DNA of 64,000 nucleotides from Tubiluchus corallicola (Eukaryota; Animalia; Priapulida): NCBI GenBank assembly GCA_030141605.1, contig JAQGDQ010000561.1, positions 76,048 to 140,047 of the forward strand, read 5' to 3'. Shown piece by piece: positions 38,574 to 50,454 of this stretch (position 1 is its first letter; each line of letters starts with the position of its first letter). The notes under the pieces were generated by a model. It saw only the letters and a program-made list of their open reading frames with translations, ran no database searches and was not told where the DNA came from. The position numbers and the translations under genes were made by a program.

Positions 38574-38695
38574 TTGGCATTACTATCTGTTATATTTATT
38601 GTGTTTGATGTTCAATAAACTTGTAGTCTTATAATCTGACTCTTCATAGTTTTGCCATTCCTAAAACACCAATAAACACCAATAATATATATATT

Positions 38696-38877
38696 GTGTT
38701 CGTCTTTTCTATGCGAGCCAATCACATTACGTCTCTCTTCATCCTCGTGTTCGTCTTTCCCACGCCAGCCAATCACATTACGTCTCTCTTCATCCTCGTG
38801 TTCGTCTTTCCCACGCCAGCCAATCACATTACGTCTCTCTTCATCCTCGTGTTCGTTTTTTCTATGCCAGCCAATCA
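38696..38877 (+). repeat. 51-bp tandem repeat (3.5 copies), one CCAAT box per unit
   Basis: AGCCAATCA with CCAAT at 38718, 38769, 38820, 38871. Confidence 0.9.
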
Positions 38878-39184
38878 ATGGCCTTGCAAATATTGCGTTC
38901 CGTATCCTCGCCCTGAGGCGTCTGTCAGACATGCACTCACGTAACGACTTACCCTTTAACCAGGCAACCACTCTTAACCAGCATTTTTTGCATTGTCAAT
39001 GTTGAAAACATTCACAAGAATTCTACAAACCCGGATCTCCACTAACGTAAGTAGGTTAAACCCTGAAAGCCTGCATGCCCACAGCTTTCATTATAATATA
39101 AATGCTAGGTGGAGGAAGTCACGGTATTTTGTCTTGACACCAACTTATTATTGAGTACAAGCATCTGACGACCTAGGTCTGATC

Positions 39185-39231
39185 ATGAAAGTAATAGTAC
39201 CTTTAATCTTTATCGGCATACTAGCTTTAAA
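39185..39231 (+). CDS. Single IGFBP-domain secreted protein, exon 1 (signal peptide)
   Basis: MKVIVPLIFIGILAL hydrophobic leader; donor AA|GTAAGT phase 2 fits exon 2; TATAAA at 39097. Confidence 0.82.
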
Positions 39232-39288
39232 GTAAGTACTCTGAGTTGTTAGTTACTATTGCCATTGACAGATGGTAGCGCGATGATA

Positions 39289-39656
39289 AGCTTTCTCACT
39301 GGTTCGTTGTGCGCACGCGCAGTTGTTGTAGGTCAAAGATTAAGTGTATCACACCAACGCGTGTTAACTCCAACCGTCACGTGACATGTGTGTAAAGCAG
39401 AGTATCAGTACAGTAACTTCAGTTGTTTTACGTGGACTTTACTTAATTATGCATTAGTCTGTGCGTAGAGTGATTTACTAGCAGGATCTCGCTTGGGAAC
39501 AAGAAAAAATGAGGTAAGGTTCTACCTAGCTGTTAAAACTGTTGCAATAGCGTGGGATGCGAGGCGTTGTCAAGTGTACACAAATGCGTTGTCTGGTACA
39601 CTTAACCTTTGACCTTCTCATGATCATCAACAATCGCTGGAACTGTGAAATGGCTT
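39289..39656 (-). mobile_element. MITE family E, in intron 1 of the IB-domain gene
   Basis: Reverse-complement match to the 17543 and 32813 copies. Confidence 0.72.
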
Positions 39657-40061
39657 ATTGTTAAAAGTTGTTTAGCTATTATATAAAATGTCTATGTAAA
39701 TTACTTATAAAATGCATAGGAATGTTGTAGGATGGTGAGTACCAGTCCAGAGTGCATATAATTTTACACATTGCCTGTAACAACTCTACTAGAAAACTAT
39801 CGAACTGTTCAAGATTCTCCACAGAAAGTAAAGATGAATGGATTGTAAAAACGAATAGCAATTGATTGAGTCTACGGCAGAGAAGTCAGCAGTGAGTAGA
39901 AACCCGAACTAACCACCGAAGTTGCACTGCTGCCGCAACTGCCCACGTGAATTTCCTTGTTTAACGAGTTCACTGCATAATGAGATGCTGTGGGTAAACA
40001 GTCGTGACCTTACTGCGAGTTCTCATACAAAATTTTTTTCAAGATCAACTTCTTTTTTCAG

Positions 40062-40206
40062 AGCTTACAGTTTCACCTGTGAGCCTTGCTACGATGAACA
40101 TGGACAGAGTTTCTGCGAGAGATGGGGCTACGATACGCTTACTATCAAGCAATGTCCACACGGGGTGGGCAAAGACGTGTGTGCTTGCTGCGATAGATGT
40201 TTAAAG
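40062..40206 (+). CDS. Single IGFBP-domain secreted protein, exon 2
   Basis: AYSFTCEPC...FC...QCPHGVGKDVCACCDRCLK, a variant of the IB-domain DxCGCCxxC motif; TTTCAG acceptor, AAG|GT donor. Confidence 0.88.
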
Positions 40207-40500
40207 GTATTGTTTATTCAATATTCTTAAAAGGAAAGTAACAGTCAGGACCCACTTAAGCAAGGACAAGCCTTTTATTCAGACACAAACATCTGCAACA
40301 TTTCGACCAGTTCTGGTTCATGTTCAGAAACAATCCTTCTAAGTTGCACAGCAAATGACACGCTGTCGTTTAGCTTTGTATCAAACGTCTGCAAGTTTAC
40401 AATTCAGTACGTCTTGTTTGCTTCTCACAATGTTGATTTTTGTCATTTTTATATACTGTATTATTCATAAAGTCTTATATATATATATGTATATATATAT

Positions 40501-41313
40501 ATACTTACCTGTGATAAAACTTACCTGTGTCAAACTTACCTATGCCAAACTTACCTGTGTTAAACTTACCTGTGCTAAACTTACCTGTGCCAAACTTACC
40601 TGTGCCAAACTTACCTGTGCCAAACTTACATGTGCCAAACTTACCTGTGCCAAACTTACCTGTGCCAAACGTACCTGTGCCAAACTTTCCTGTGCCAAAC
40701 TTACCTGTGCCAAACTTACATGTGCCAAACTTACATGTGCCAAACTTACCTGTGCCAAACTTAGCTGTATCAAACTTACCAATACCAAACTTACCTGTAC
40801 CAAACTTACCAATACCAAACTTGCCTGAACCAAACTTACCTGTAACAAACTTACCTGTACCAAACTTACCAATACCAAACTTGCCTGAACCAAACTTACC
40901 TGTAACAAACTTACCTGTACCAAACTTACCAATGCCAAACTTACCTCTACTAAACTTACCTGTATCAAACTTACCTCTATCAAACTTACCTCTACTAAAC
41001 TTACCTGTATCAAACTTACCTCTATCAAACTTACCTCTACTAAACTTACCTTTGCCAAACTTAAATGTTCCAAACTTACCTGTATGAAACTTACCAATAC
41101 CAAACTTACCTGTACCAAACTTACCTGTACCAAACTTACCAATACCAAACTTACCTGTACCAAACTTACCTGTATGAAACTTACCAATACCAAACTTACC
41201 TGTACCAAACTTACCTGTATCAAACTTACCAATGCCAAACTTACCTGTGCCAAACTTACCTGTATCAAACTTACCAATATCAAACTTACCTCTACTAAAC
41301 TTACCCGTATCAA
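40501..41313. repeat. 15-bp minisatellite, ~54 copies
   Basis: Unit CAAACTTACCTGTGC with a variable 3' pentamer. Confidence 0.96.
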
Positions 41314-41409
41314 AATTTACTACATTCAGTACTTCACCAGACTTTAACTAAAGCTAAGGACATGCATTTCACTCGTTTCACTGTAAATTTAATCTATTTT
41401 CTGCTCCAG

Positions 41410-41604
41410 GGAGAGAATGAGCGATGTGGCGGATCTTTTGGAGTTATGGGACAATGCGGAAAAGGACTGGAGTGTCTGGAATGGATCCCAACGCCTCCAC
41501 CAGGTTATCCAGGCCCGCCCACTCTTCCTCCAACGGGCATGTACTTTTGTCGAATAGTGACAGTGGCGGAGCCTAGCGGGCCGTGGATCGACAGCACCGA
41601 CTAA
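41410..41604 (+). CDS. Single IGFBP-domain secreted protein, exon 3
   Basis: GENERCGG...GQCGKGLEC...YFC completes a 12-Cys IB domain (G.G..CGG...C..GL.C); CCAG acceptor, TAA stop; about 128 aa in total. Confidence 0.88.
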   Translation, partial: GENERCGGSFGVMGQCGKGLECLEWIPTPPPGYPGPPTLPPTGMYFCRIVTVAEPSGPWIDSTD

Positions 41605-41681
41605 GCGTCACTCAATAAGTTTTAGGATTTGGGTTTTTTGGTAGTTGATACGTTTAGAGGTTATGTTTGTTCCATGTAAAT

Positions 41682-42161
41682 CAGGGGTGTGCAAATTATC
41701 TGACTAGCCGGACCACATTAAACTTTCCCGCAATTCCTGCGGGCCACAGGCAGTTTGATCAAGGAGCCAAGTACAGTAGGACCTAATAACGATTTTTTTT
41801 GCATCCGACCTGCGTACATCATCACTACTACTCAAGAAACTCTTTTAGAAGTTATTAAAATTGATATTACAAACCATATATTTCTACTTTCAGGACAGAT
41901 AGTGGTAATTTCATTACAATGCATATTAGTAATGTGTATCACACAGTCTGTGTAGTACAGTGACATTAAGCTACAACCGTCTTGTAAGGGTTAATGCCAT
42001 CCGATCTAGTAGAAAAAACTACCCGCACTATCTTTGGGATCGTGGCACGGACTTCAGCTGGATACACTCAATTAATCGCCCGGGCCGCACTTTCATTAGG
42101 TTGACAAAACTCTTCGCGAGCCACGCAAATCTCTCTGCGGGCCGCAATTTGCACACCCCTG
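41682..42161 (+). mobile_element. hAT-like MITE family A
   Basis: TIR CAGGGGTGTGCAAATT; TSD atgtaaat/atgtaaag. Confidence 0.9.
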
Positions 42162-42949
42162 ATGTAAAGTGATCCAGAAGCCAGTAAAAAAACGTCATCA
42201 AAACGTCAGACGGTTTGGTTTCTTTTGATAGCGAACTTTGTTGGTGCACCAACCACCAATGACACTCGCCAGACACACACGCACGCACACGCACGCACGC
42301 CAGCATGGCACGCAGAAACATAGCCTACGCAACATTTGTCAAGAAAGTTGGCAACTGATTGTCGCGAGGTTTGTGACCGAGTCGAAGAATTTCTGCACTT
42401 CGTGCTGACGACATGAGTTCGATACTCACTTCTGGCGTTCTTTGCGTTTCAGTGTTATTTGCTTGTAGAATGTAACTAATACAATACAGCGTAGTTAGCA
42501 CAGGGACACAGCTAAGAAACTGATTACAAATGTAGTGGGTGCATAGGCCCTTTTTTGGTTTTAATTTAGTTTTCAATTACTGCCACGGTGCTGCCACCTG
42601 TTTGTTTATTTAGTAGGCATTTAGCTTTTTACAGTAGTCACACTTCTAAAATTGAAGCACCTAATATCCTTCAATAGATTAGCATTTTGGCCTTTCGTGA
42701 GCAATAGCTGTAGTAGTTGTACGACATTTTACCCGTCTTTTGGTTCTCTCCGCCATTGCTCTATTTTTCTGTCTGTGATGAGCATTATGACTGTAAATTT
42801 CTTACGAATTTATTGTTGTGACATCGTTGTTGTTCTTAAGGCAACTTGGAGTTCTCATTCCTGTCTTTGTAACTGTTAAAGGCTCTAACAACGTCAGTTA
42901 TTATTAATTAATTTCAATATAGTCTACACAACTTTTATATCAGTACTTA

Positions 42950-43404
42950 CCGTATTTTCCCGTGTATAAGAGACCCTTTTTTGCTCAGAATTTTCACTTT
43001 AAAAATAGGGGGTCTCTTATACATGGGAGTAAGTCTTTTCAATAAGATGCATAAATTGTGACACTAATGATTTTAAAGAAATAAGTGCTCTACAACTGTT
43101 TTGTGTGTCGCGTTCGACTATGAAGCGGTTGTAAGCAATACAAGCATCGTGACACAGACATTATCTCCTCGTTTTCTCTTTTCCTGTTACAGGTTTGCAG
43201 GTACGCACTTTAATATATACCAGTACTCTTTTTCTACAACACATTAACTGGTTTTATTTTGTTTTCAGTACCGCACTAGGTTGAAAAAAGTTGTACTTTA
43301 CCCTCTAAAAATGTCCGTCTGAAAAAACTTTTTTCCAGAATTTTTGCCTAAAAATTGAAGGGGTCTCTTATACACAAGGGTCTCTTATACACGGGAAAAT
43401 ACGG
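42950..43404 (+). mobile_element. pogo/Tigger-like MITE
   Basis: TIR CCGTATTTTCCCGTGTATAAGAGACC, TA TSD. Confidence 0.88.
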
Positions 43405-43813
43405 TAGTTATAGCAATACATTTAATCATGCAACTAATTTTCTTCTATTCAATGCAAGTTACACTAAATGTTAATATTTGTATTTCAGAATAAAGAAACT
43501 TTTGGTCAAAACGTTAAACTGGTGTTTTGTATCCATTTCAACAAACACGACAACAACGCGACGTAATTTACAATAACTTTATTCATACAGGAAACTCTTA
43601 CAGGTAGTAACATTAATTTAAAATCTTAAATAAATAAATACAGAACTACACTGGTCAATATTCAAATTTTCAAAAATCTTGAGCGTAATATATTGGAACC
43701 GTAATAATATTACACATCGAGTTTGCGTAGACATTAAAACTCTAACCAAAACTGTCTGTATTGTCAAACCAACTACAATACACACAACGTATAATAAAAC
43801 AAATTATCTTTAA

Positions 43814-44269
43814 CCCTTTCATACCCGTTGCATCCCGTGGGGTACGAGAATATTTTCTGCCTTTAAAATTAATAAAACTTCAAAACTGACAGTTACTTGA
43901 TCTGTTAATAGTTATTTTGATTTAAGCCAATAACAATAGACTAAAATGGTGATAAAATGGCAAACTAGAAAATCTACATAGCACAAAAAACTGCGCAAGG
44001 TACAGTACTTTAGAGACGACTTTGTACAGATCAGCATAGCGTGCATACTGAATGTCTTAAATACTTTAAAAAATTGTCAGCAGTTGCAAAATGAAGCACA
44101 TTTTATGCTTCCATTGAATCCCAATGTATCCCGTGGGATACAGGCTATATTTAGCACGCGGGCGCAGGTAGAAAAAATTATTATTATGTGTAAACAAGAT
44201 GGACATACTAAACAAAAGTACCAACCCAAAAATTTTTTCTTATTAAAAAATAATTTGGGACTGAAAGGG
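43814..44269 (+). mobile_element. piggyBac-like MITE
   Basis: TTAA|CCCTTTCA...TGAAAGGG|TTAA. Confidence 0.88.
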
Positions 44270-45642
44270 TTAAAGTACAGTATTTAGGCTCCGAGTGAAG
44301 TGCTTTTACTTTCTGAGTGCAGTTAAAACAGTATAACAATAATAACATCAATTTACAAATGTTCATGATGATGACGATGATCATTTCGACGATATAATAT
44401 ATATATTAAATTTATTTAATTGTAGCTAACTTTTTAAAAGTAAGCTAACCCACTCATATTGTAACTACAATATTAAGTGTTAATTAGGTATAATAATAAT
44501 TTGTAATCTTTGCAATACTACGTAACTTTGCCCTGCAAATAGAGGGCTTGATTTGGAATGAATTTCTAAACAAAAGATTTATAGTGATAGTAATAAAAAA
44601 TTGAAGGGAGTGATTTAAATTTTTTGATGTTTGTACAATCTTTTTGCGCCACCTGGTGATCAAAACTTCAGCACAATCTTTTTGCGCCACCTGGTGATCA
44701 AAATTTCAACACAATCTTTTTGCTCCACCTGATGATCAATCAGGGTTGAAGATAGTAAACACGTCTAAACTCTCAACGATCCTGTAAACTCAGTAAACCT
44801 CTCAGCTGTTGAACATCTCACGCGTCAACAAGCCAATTTAAACTGCAAGCTAATAGCTGTTTTCCAACGGGTTTTGTTGTTTTTCTTGACGCGTCAAAGA
44901 TACCTGCTAATGGGGAATAATTTTGATGAAGGTTCGTCGACTCACTAGTGAAATTCCCAATGATAAGTTGCAATTTAGATAATTTGTGCTTTTATCAAAT
45001 TTCTACTACTTCAGATAGAACAAAAAACCTCAAAATATGAAACATTTTGTTTGACGTAACAAAGAATATGATAATACTATCTACTCACATGTCAATGATA
45101 TGTCAACGAACTGAACATTTTGAGCAAAACACATCATATGAACATTTTTATATCATATTTTCGTGATATGTAGTTGTTTATATAATGATAATGGCACACC
45201 AATTTATTCTATTTTCTACAAAATTTTTAGAAATATACGTTCTGACATCTTTTGCAAAATCACAGTTTTGTCACACACACATTACGATTCCTGTCTATCG
45301 CTTACAATGTTTGCATCTTAAATTTCAGTAGTTTGATATTAGTCTTTAAACTCAACATCACGCGAGCAGCGCCATGAACTAATTCGCGCACTGAACCGCA
45401 AAAATGACCAAACTGCCCTGCGGACCAAATCTATCATTAAAGCACGTTTTGTTTAGATTTGTCAATATATATGCCAAGCACTGTTTCGAACCCGTGCCGG
45501 CGAATCTATGCAAATCAACCATTGTCACAACTGATCTCTCTCACATTTTCTGTCCGACGGATGCTGTTTTTAAGGTATAAAAATCAATAGATAATTTACA
45601 ACAACGATTAAGATTTTCTACAAAAGTGTTTATCTACAATAT

Positions 45643-46398
45643 TTAACTGGCTTCATATCTAAATATGGTTTCTGAATTAACTGGCTTCATATCTAAATAT
45701 TGTTTCTGAATTAAGTGGCTTCATATCTAAATATTGTTTTTAAATTAACTGGCTTCATATCTAAATATGGTTTCTGAATTAACTGGCTTCACATCTAAAT
45801 ATTGTTTCTGAATTAAGTGGCTTCATATCTAAATATTGTTTTTAAATTAACTGGCTTCATATCTAAATACGGTTTCTGAATTAACTGGCTTCACATCTAA
45901 ATATTGTTTCTGAATTAACTGGCTTCATATCTAAATATTGTTTTTAAATTAACTGGCTTCATATCTAAATACGGTTTCTGAATTAACTGGCTTCACATCT
46001 AAATATTGTTTTTAAATTAACTGGCTTCATATCTAAATATGGTTTCTGAATTAACTGGCTTCACATCTAAATATTGTTTCTGAATTAAGTGGCTTCATAT
46101 CTAAATATTGTTTTTAAATTAACTGGCTTCATATCTAAATACGGTTTCTGAATTAACTGGCTTCACATCTAAATATTGTTTCTGAATTAACTGGCTTCAT
46201 ATCTAAATATGGTTTCTGAATTAGCTGGCTTCATATCTAAATATCGTTTCTAAATTAACTGGCTTCATATCTAAATATGGTTTCTGAATTAACTGGCTTC
46301 ACATCTAAATATTGTTTCTGAATTAAGTGGCTTCATATCTAAATATTGTTTTTAAATTAACTGGCTTCATATCTAAATATGGTTTCTGAATTAAGTGG
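45643..46398. repeat. 34-bp tandem repeat, ~22 copies
   Basis: Unit TTAACTGGCTTCATATCTAAATATGGTTTCTGAA. Confidence 0.95.
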
Positions 46399-46638
46399 TT
46401 CATTTCCTCCTAGTTATCATAGCTCGTGTTTCATATCATTGTATTTTGTCCCTCTTTTTAATCACGTGGTTTCCTTGCTACTTACAACAGAGGCTAGTTA
46501 CTACAGCTAATTTAAAAACTTGAGATATTATTATATTGCTACATGATACTAAGAACAACCCTGATGATTACATTCTCATTAATTACGCTTCGAGTGTGAA
46601 CAAAACCATTAGAAGTCGAATCAGGTCAAAAAATTTAA

Positions 46639-47319
46639 AGGACAAGGAAAGAGGCACCTAAAGTGAATTTAGAGAAATCGCTTTAAAAAGTTATACAACT
46701 TTACAGCAATTTTATGCACATATCGTACTCGCGTTGAAAGGATTTTTTGTTTGTTTTCATTTTAAATCTCCCGCGACACTGTTTCGACGGCGCCATTACA
46801 TGACGTCACCACGCAAACGTAAATCAAGGGAAGAAAAGGCGATGTTAAATTACGTCCCGAAAAACTTTCCGTGCAAATCTATATTACTTGCATTTCGCTT
46901 ACTTCCTTGAAAGACTTATGTAACTAGAAAAGAAAAGTATTAATTATTTAAAATGATTTCACGAATTTGTAAAATGTCACTGACTCACCCTCCAGGGTGC
47001 ACCACTCACTAACCAAACAACGTATTTTTAATCTTATTGATAAGATACGGTAATTGTAAATTTTATTTAGTTAGAGACGTGTGAACTACAAATGCTCTGA
47101 TTATTTTTTCAAACTTTACAGAACGTTATCAAACTTGTCTCAAATGACTCATCATCAAAATGGCTGCGTCTAACGGTCATCGCGGTGGTTTAAATTAACG
47201 TTTTATACAACGCTACTGCCGACGAAAGTCCTGCATGCAGTATGTAAGTGGTATAAAATTTCAAGACGAATTTTTTAAGCTTTATGTAAGTTAAGGTAAA
47301 ACACACACTTTTCTTGTGT
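46639..47319 (+). mobile_element. Kolobok-like non-autonomous element
   Basis: TTAA-flanked, AG-starting imperfect TIR (AGGACAAGGAAA / TTTTCTTGTGT); related copies at 4688-5055, 8831-9421, 59299-59924. Confidence 0.7.
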
Positions 47320-47436
47320 TTAAAGCATGTTATCCATTATGCTTGGAAAGGGACTGATTTTCCAGACATTTGGTGCAATTCTAGGTGAATTTTTTTGGTA
47401 CTTTCGCTTACAAACTTAATGCGAGAAAGTCTATAG

Positions 47437-47934
47437 CAGGGGTGTGCAAATTGCGGCCCTCGGGCCAATTGTTGCCCGCCCAGAGAATTTGTGCGGCCAG
47501 CAAAGAGATTTATCAACCTAATGAAAGTGCCGCCCGGGCGATTAATTGAGTGTATCCAGCTGAAGTCCGTGCCACGATCCCAAAAATAGTGGGGGTAGTT
47601 TTTCTACTAGATCGGATGCCATTAACCCTTACAAGACGGTTGTAGCTTAATGTCACTGTACTACACAGACTGTGTGATACACATTACTAATATGCATTGT
47701 AATGAAATTACCACTATCTGTCCTGAAAGTAGAAATATATGGTTTGTAATATAAATTTTAATAACTTCTAAAATAGTTTCTTGAGTGTAGTAGTAATGAT
47801 GTACACAGGTCGGATGTAAAAAATCGTTATTAGGCCTTTCTGTGCTTGGCTCCTTGATCAAACTGCCTGTGGCCTGCAGGAATTGCGTGAAAGTTTAATG
47901 TGGCCCGGCTAATCAGATAATTTGCACACCCCTG
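47437..47934 (-). mobile_element. hAT-like MITE family A
   Basis: TIR CAGGGGTGTGCAAATT; perfect 8-bp TSD gtctatag. Confidence 0.92.
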
Positions 47935-47968
47935 GTCTATAGGATGCGATTAATTATGTTCATTATTT

Positions 47969-48274
47969 TTAGGATTTGACCACATCCGGTTGGGGCTGAT
48001 TGACCACATCCGGTTGAGCCTGATATGCTATTATCGACAGCGGTAGCTGACTTTTCGATTTCTCCGACTTGGTTTTTGTATCCCCTTTCGTCCCGTAACT
48101 TTGTAGCGTGTTCATTGTGTCGTTTTGGGAAAAGCTCATCGCCGCTTTGGTCGTAGATCCTGGTCCTATCCTGGCATCCCGGCAAGTCAAGATACTCTTG
48201 TAAGCTTCCCTGAAACGTTCGTTTGTCAACCCGTAGAGGAAGAAGTTGACGCCGCTGCTGGTGGAGTGAGCAAC
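47969..48274 (-). CDS. Melatonin-receptor-like class A GPCR, last exon (TM7, helix 8, tail)
   Basis: VAHSTSSGVNFFLYGLTNERFREAYKSIL...*; CATAG acceptor, phase 0. Confidence 0.87.
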   Translation of the reverse strand, partial: VAHSTSSGVNFFLYGLTNERFREAYKSILTCRDARIGPGSTTKAAMSFSQNDTMNTLQSYGTKGDTKTKSEKSKSQLPLSIIAYQAQPDVVNQPQPDVVKS

Positions 48275-48907
48275 CTATGAACAAAAATGGTGGAATTTAA
48301 ATTAAATTAAATTGAAATTAAATGAAGTAATACAGTTCTTTCCGCCTCATACAACCATAAAAACATAAAGCCGCGAATTGTCCACATCGTGTCGAATAAA
48401 GCTCATTTGCATAGCTGTTACAGTACTTCTTACTTACGCATGATGTCACGAACAATGGGCTCTACATCATATGACGTCAGAAACTAACACTGCAGTTCAT
48501 AATCATGCTTATCGCGTACCGCCTATTTGTCGGCCACGCGCATGTGACAAAAAGGCGCCGTTTCCGCACGTAGCTTTGAAAGTTTAACGAAATTTGAGTG
48601 TCCGAGGTATTATTTAATCTAAGCTTTGATTTAAAAAAAGCTATTGTAGTTTTCAATATTTTAGAGCATTCTTTATTCTGAATTGATGTTGACACAATCG
48701 TCCGGTTTTCTTTTAAGAATATCTTTGGCCTTTGTAAACCTAAATGGTTGAGCTTATGTCTGCAGTTTTGTCGAACATGCAACGGTTTAAATGATTGTAA
48801 TATATTGCAACAAAGAGCGGATTGTACTGATACTGATACGGAGGGTCGAAAATAATTGGGCATTTCGCCTTCGTAACAATATGACGGATGTAAACATGTC
48901 ACTTTAA

Positions 48908-49361
48908 CCCTTTCATACCCGTTGTATCCCGTGGGATGCGACAATATTTACTGCCTTTAAAATTAATAAAATTTTAAAACTGACAGTTATTTGATCTGTA
49001 TTAGTTATTTTCATTTAAGCCAATAACAAGAGACTAAAATGGTGATAAAATGGCAAACTAAAAAATCTACGTAGCATAAAAAACTGCGCAAGGTACAGTA
49101 CTTTAGAGACGACTTGGGTACAGATCAGCATAGCGTGCATACTAAATGTCTTAAATACTTTAAAAATTATCAGCAGTTGCAAAATGAAGCACATTTTATG
49201 CTTCTATTGAATCCCAATGTATCCCGTGGGATACAGGCTATATTTAGCACGCGGGCACAGGTAGAAAATAATTATTATGTGTAAACAAGATGGACATACT
49301 AAACAAAAGTACCAAGCCAAAAAATTTTTCCTTAATAAAAAATAATTTGGGACTGAAAGGG
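48908..49361 (+). mobile_element. piggyBac-like MITE, second copy
   Basis: TTAA|CCCTTTCA...TGAAAGGG|CTAA; highly similar to the 43814 copy. Confidence 0.88.
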
Positions 49362-49515
49362 CTAATAAATATTTTCTCACTCTATCGCATACAGTTAAGT
49401 TGCAGATAAGTTGCAGATTAATTTAGTGTTGACAATGTTTTCATAGTTTTCAATATAGTGAAGATACTTGGCGAGCATTTCTTGAAAGGTAAAAAAGGGG
49501 GCGTTGGATTCGTAC

Positions 49516-49700
49516 CTGTAATGAGATGGCATGCCAAGCTTTTGGCCAGGTGTCGTAGAAGTCAAAGACTACAGTGACGCCGTACGAGCCCCAGCAGACA
49601 AAGAAAACTACACAGATGATAAAGAGCGTCTTGGCAAGCTTGATCTCGTCACGATTACGTCGTGCAATGGCTGTGTCTGCTGTCAAGAATGCACCCATTG
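49516..49700 (-). CDS. Melatonin-receptor-like GPCR exon (ICL3, TM6)
   Basis: ...EIKLAKTLFIICVVFFVCWGSYGVTVVFDFYDTWP...; ACAG acceptor, CAG|GTACG donor; phases consistent. Confidence 0.88.
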
Positions 49701-49826
49701 CTGTTTGTAAAAATTATTACTATTATTATTCATAATTTATTATAATCAATTCTCTTTAACTAAGAATAAGTGATTATTAAGTTCGCATGTCTGCAATGCA
49801 CATGACGGGCCGAGATAATTAACAGA

Positions 49827-50140
49827 CGATGGTGGTAGCAATAGTGACGATGATGCTGATGATGACGATGATGACGACGACGACGACGACGACGACGACG
49901 ATGATGATGATGGTGATGGTGATGGTGATGGCGATGGTGATGATGATGATGATGATGATAATGATGATAATGATGACGATGATAATGACGACGATGATGA
50001 TGTTGATTATGTTGATGATGTTGATAATGTTGATGATGATGACGGTGATGGCAATAATGATGATAATGATGATAACGATGATGGATGGTGATGGTGATGG
50101 CGATGGCGGTGATGATGATGATGATAATGATGATGGTGAC
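49827..50140. repeat. Degenerate (GAT/GAC/GGT)n microsatellite
   Basis: Direct reading. Confidence 0.92.
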
Positions 50141-50454
50141 AACAAAGAAAGATAGGGATGAGGGTGATAAATTTTTTGAAGCTGGCGACGATGTCGATAA
50201 AAACTTTGATAACAGTGATGGAGAGAGATGGTAAGACTGAAGATGGCGCTATTAATGACGATCATGATGCCAGTAATGACAAGAAAGAAGAAAATGAATT
50301 GAGAGAAATAATGGATAGCAAGGATGATGTACATAACGAAATGACAGTGACAACGGTGATAACATTGATGGAGACAGTGGTGATGTTTAAAATGATGAGA
50401 ATAAAGATGATAAACAGTAAAATTAGCATCAAATGTGTAAATGAACAAACAATA

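Noticed and set aside
40355-41347. Pentapeptide-repeat-like ORFs (AKLTC, PNLPV, QVSLA)n
   Set aside because: All frames are open only because the unit is 15 bp; the array lies within an intron defined by in-phase flanking exons
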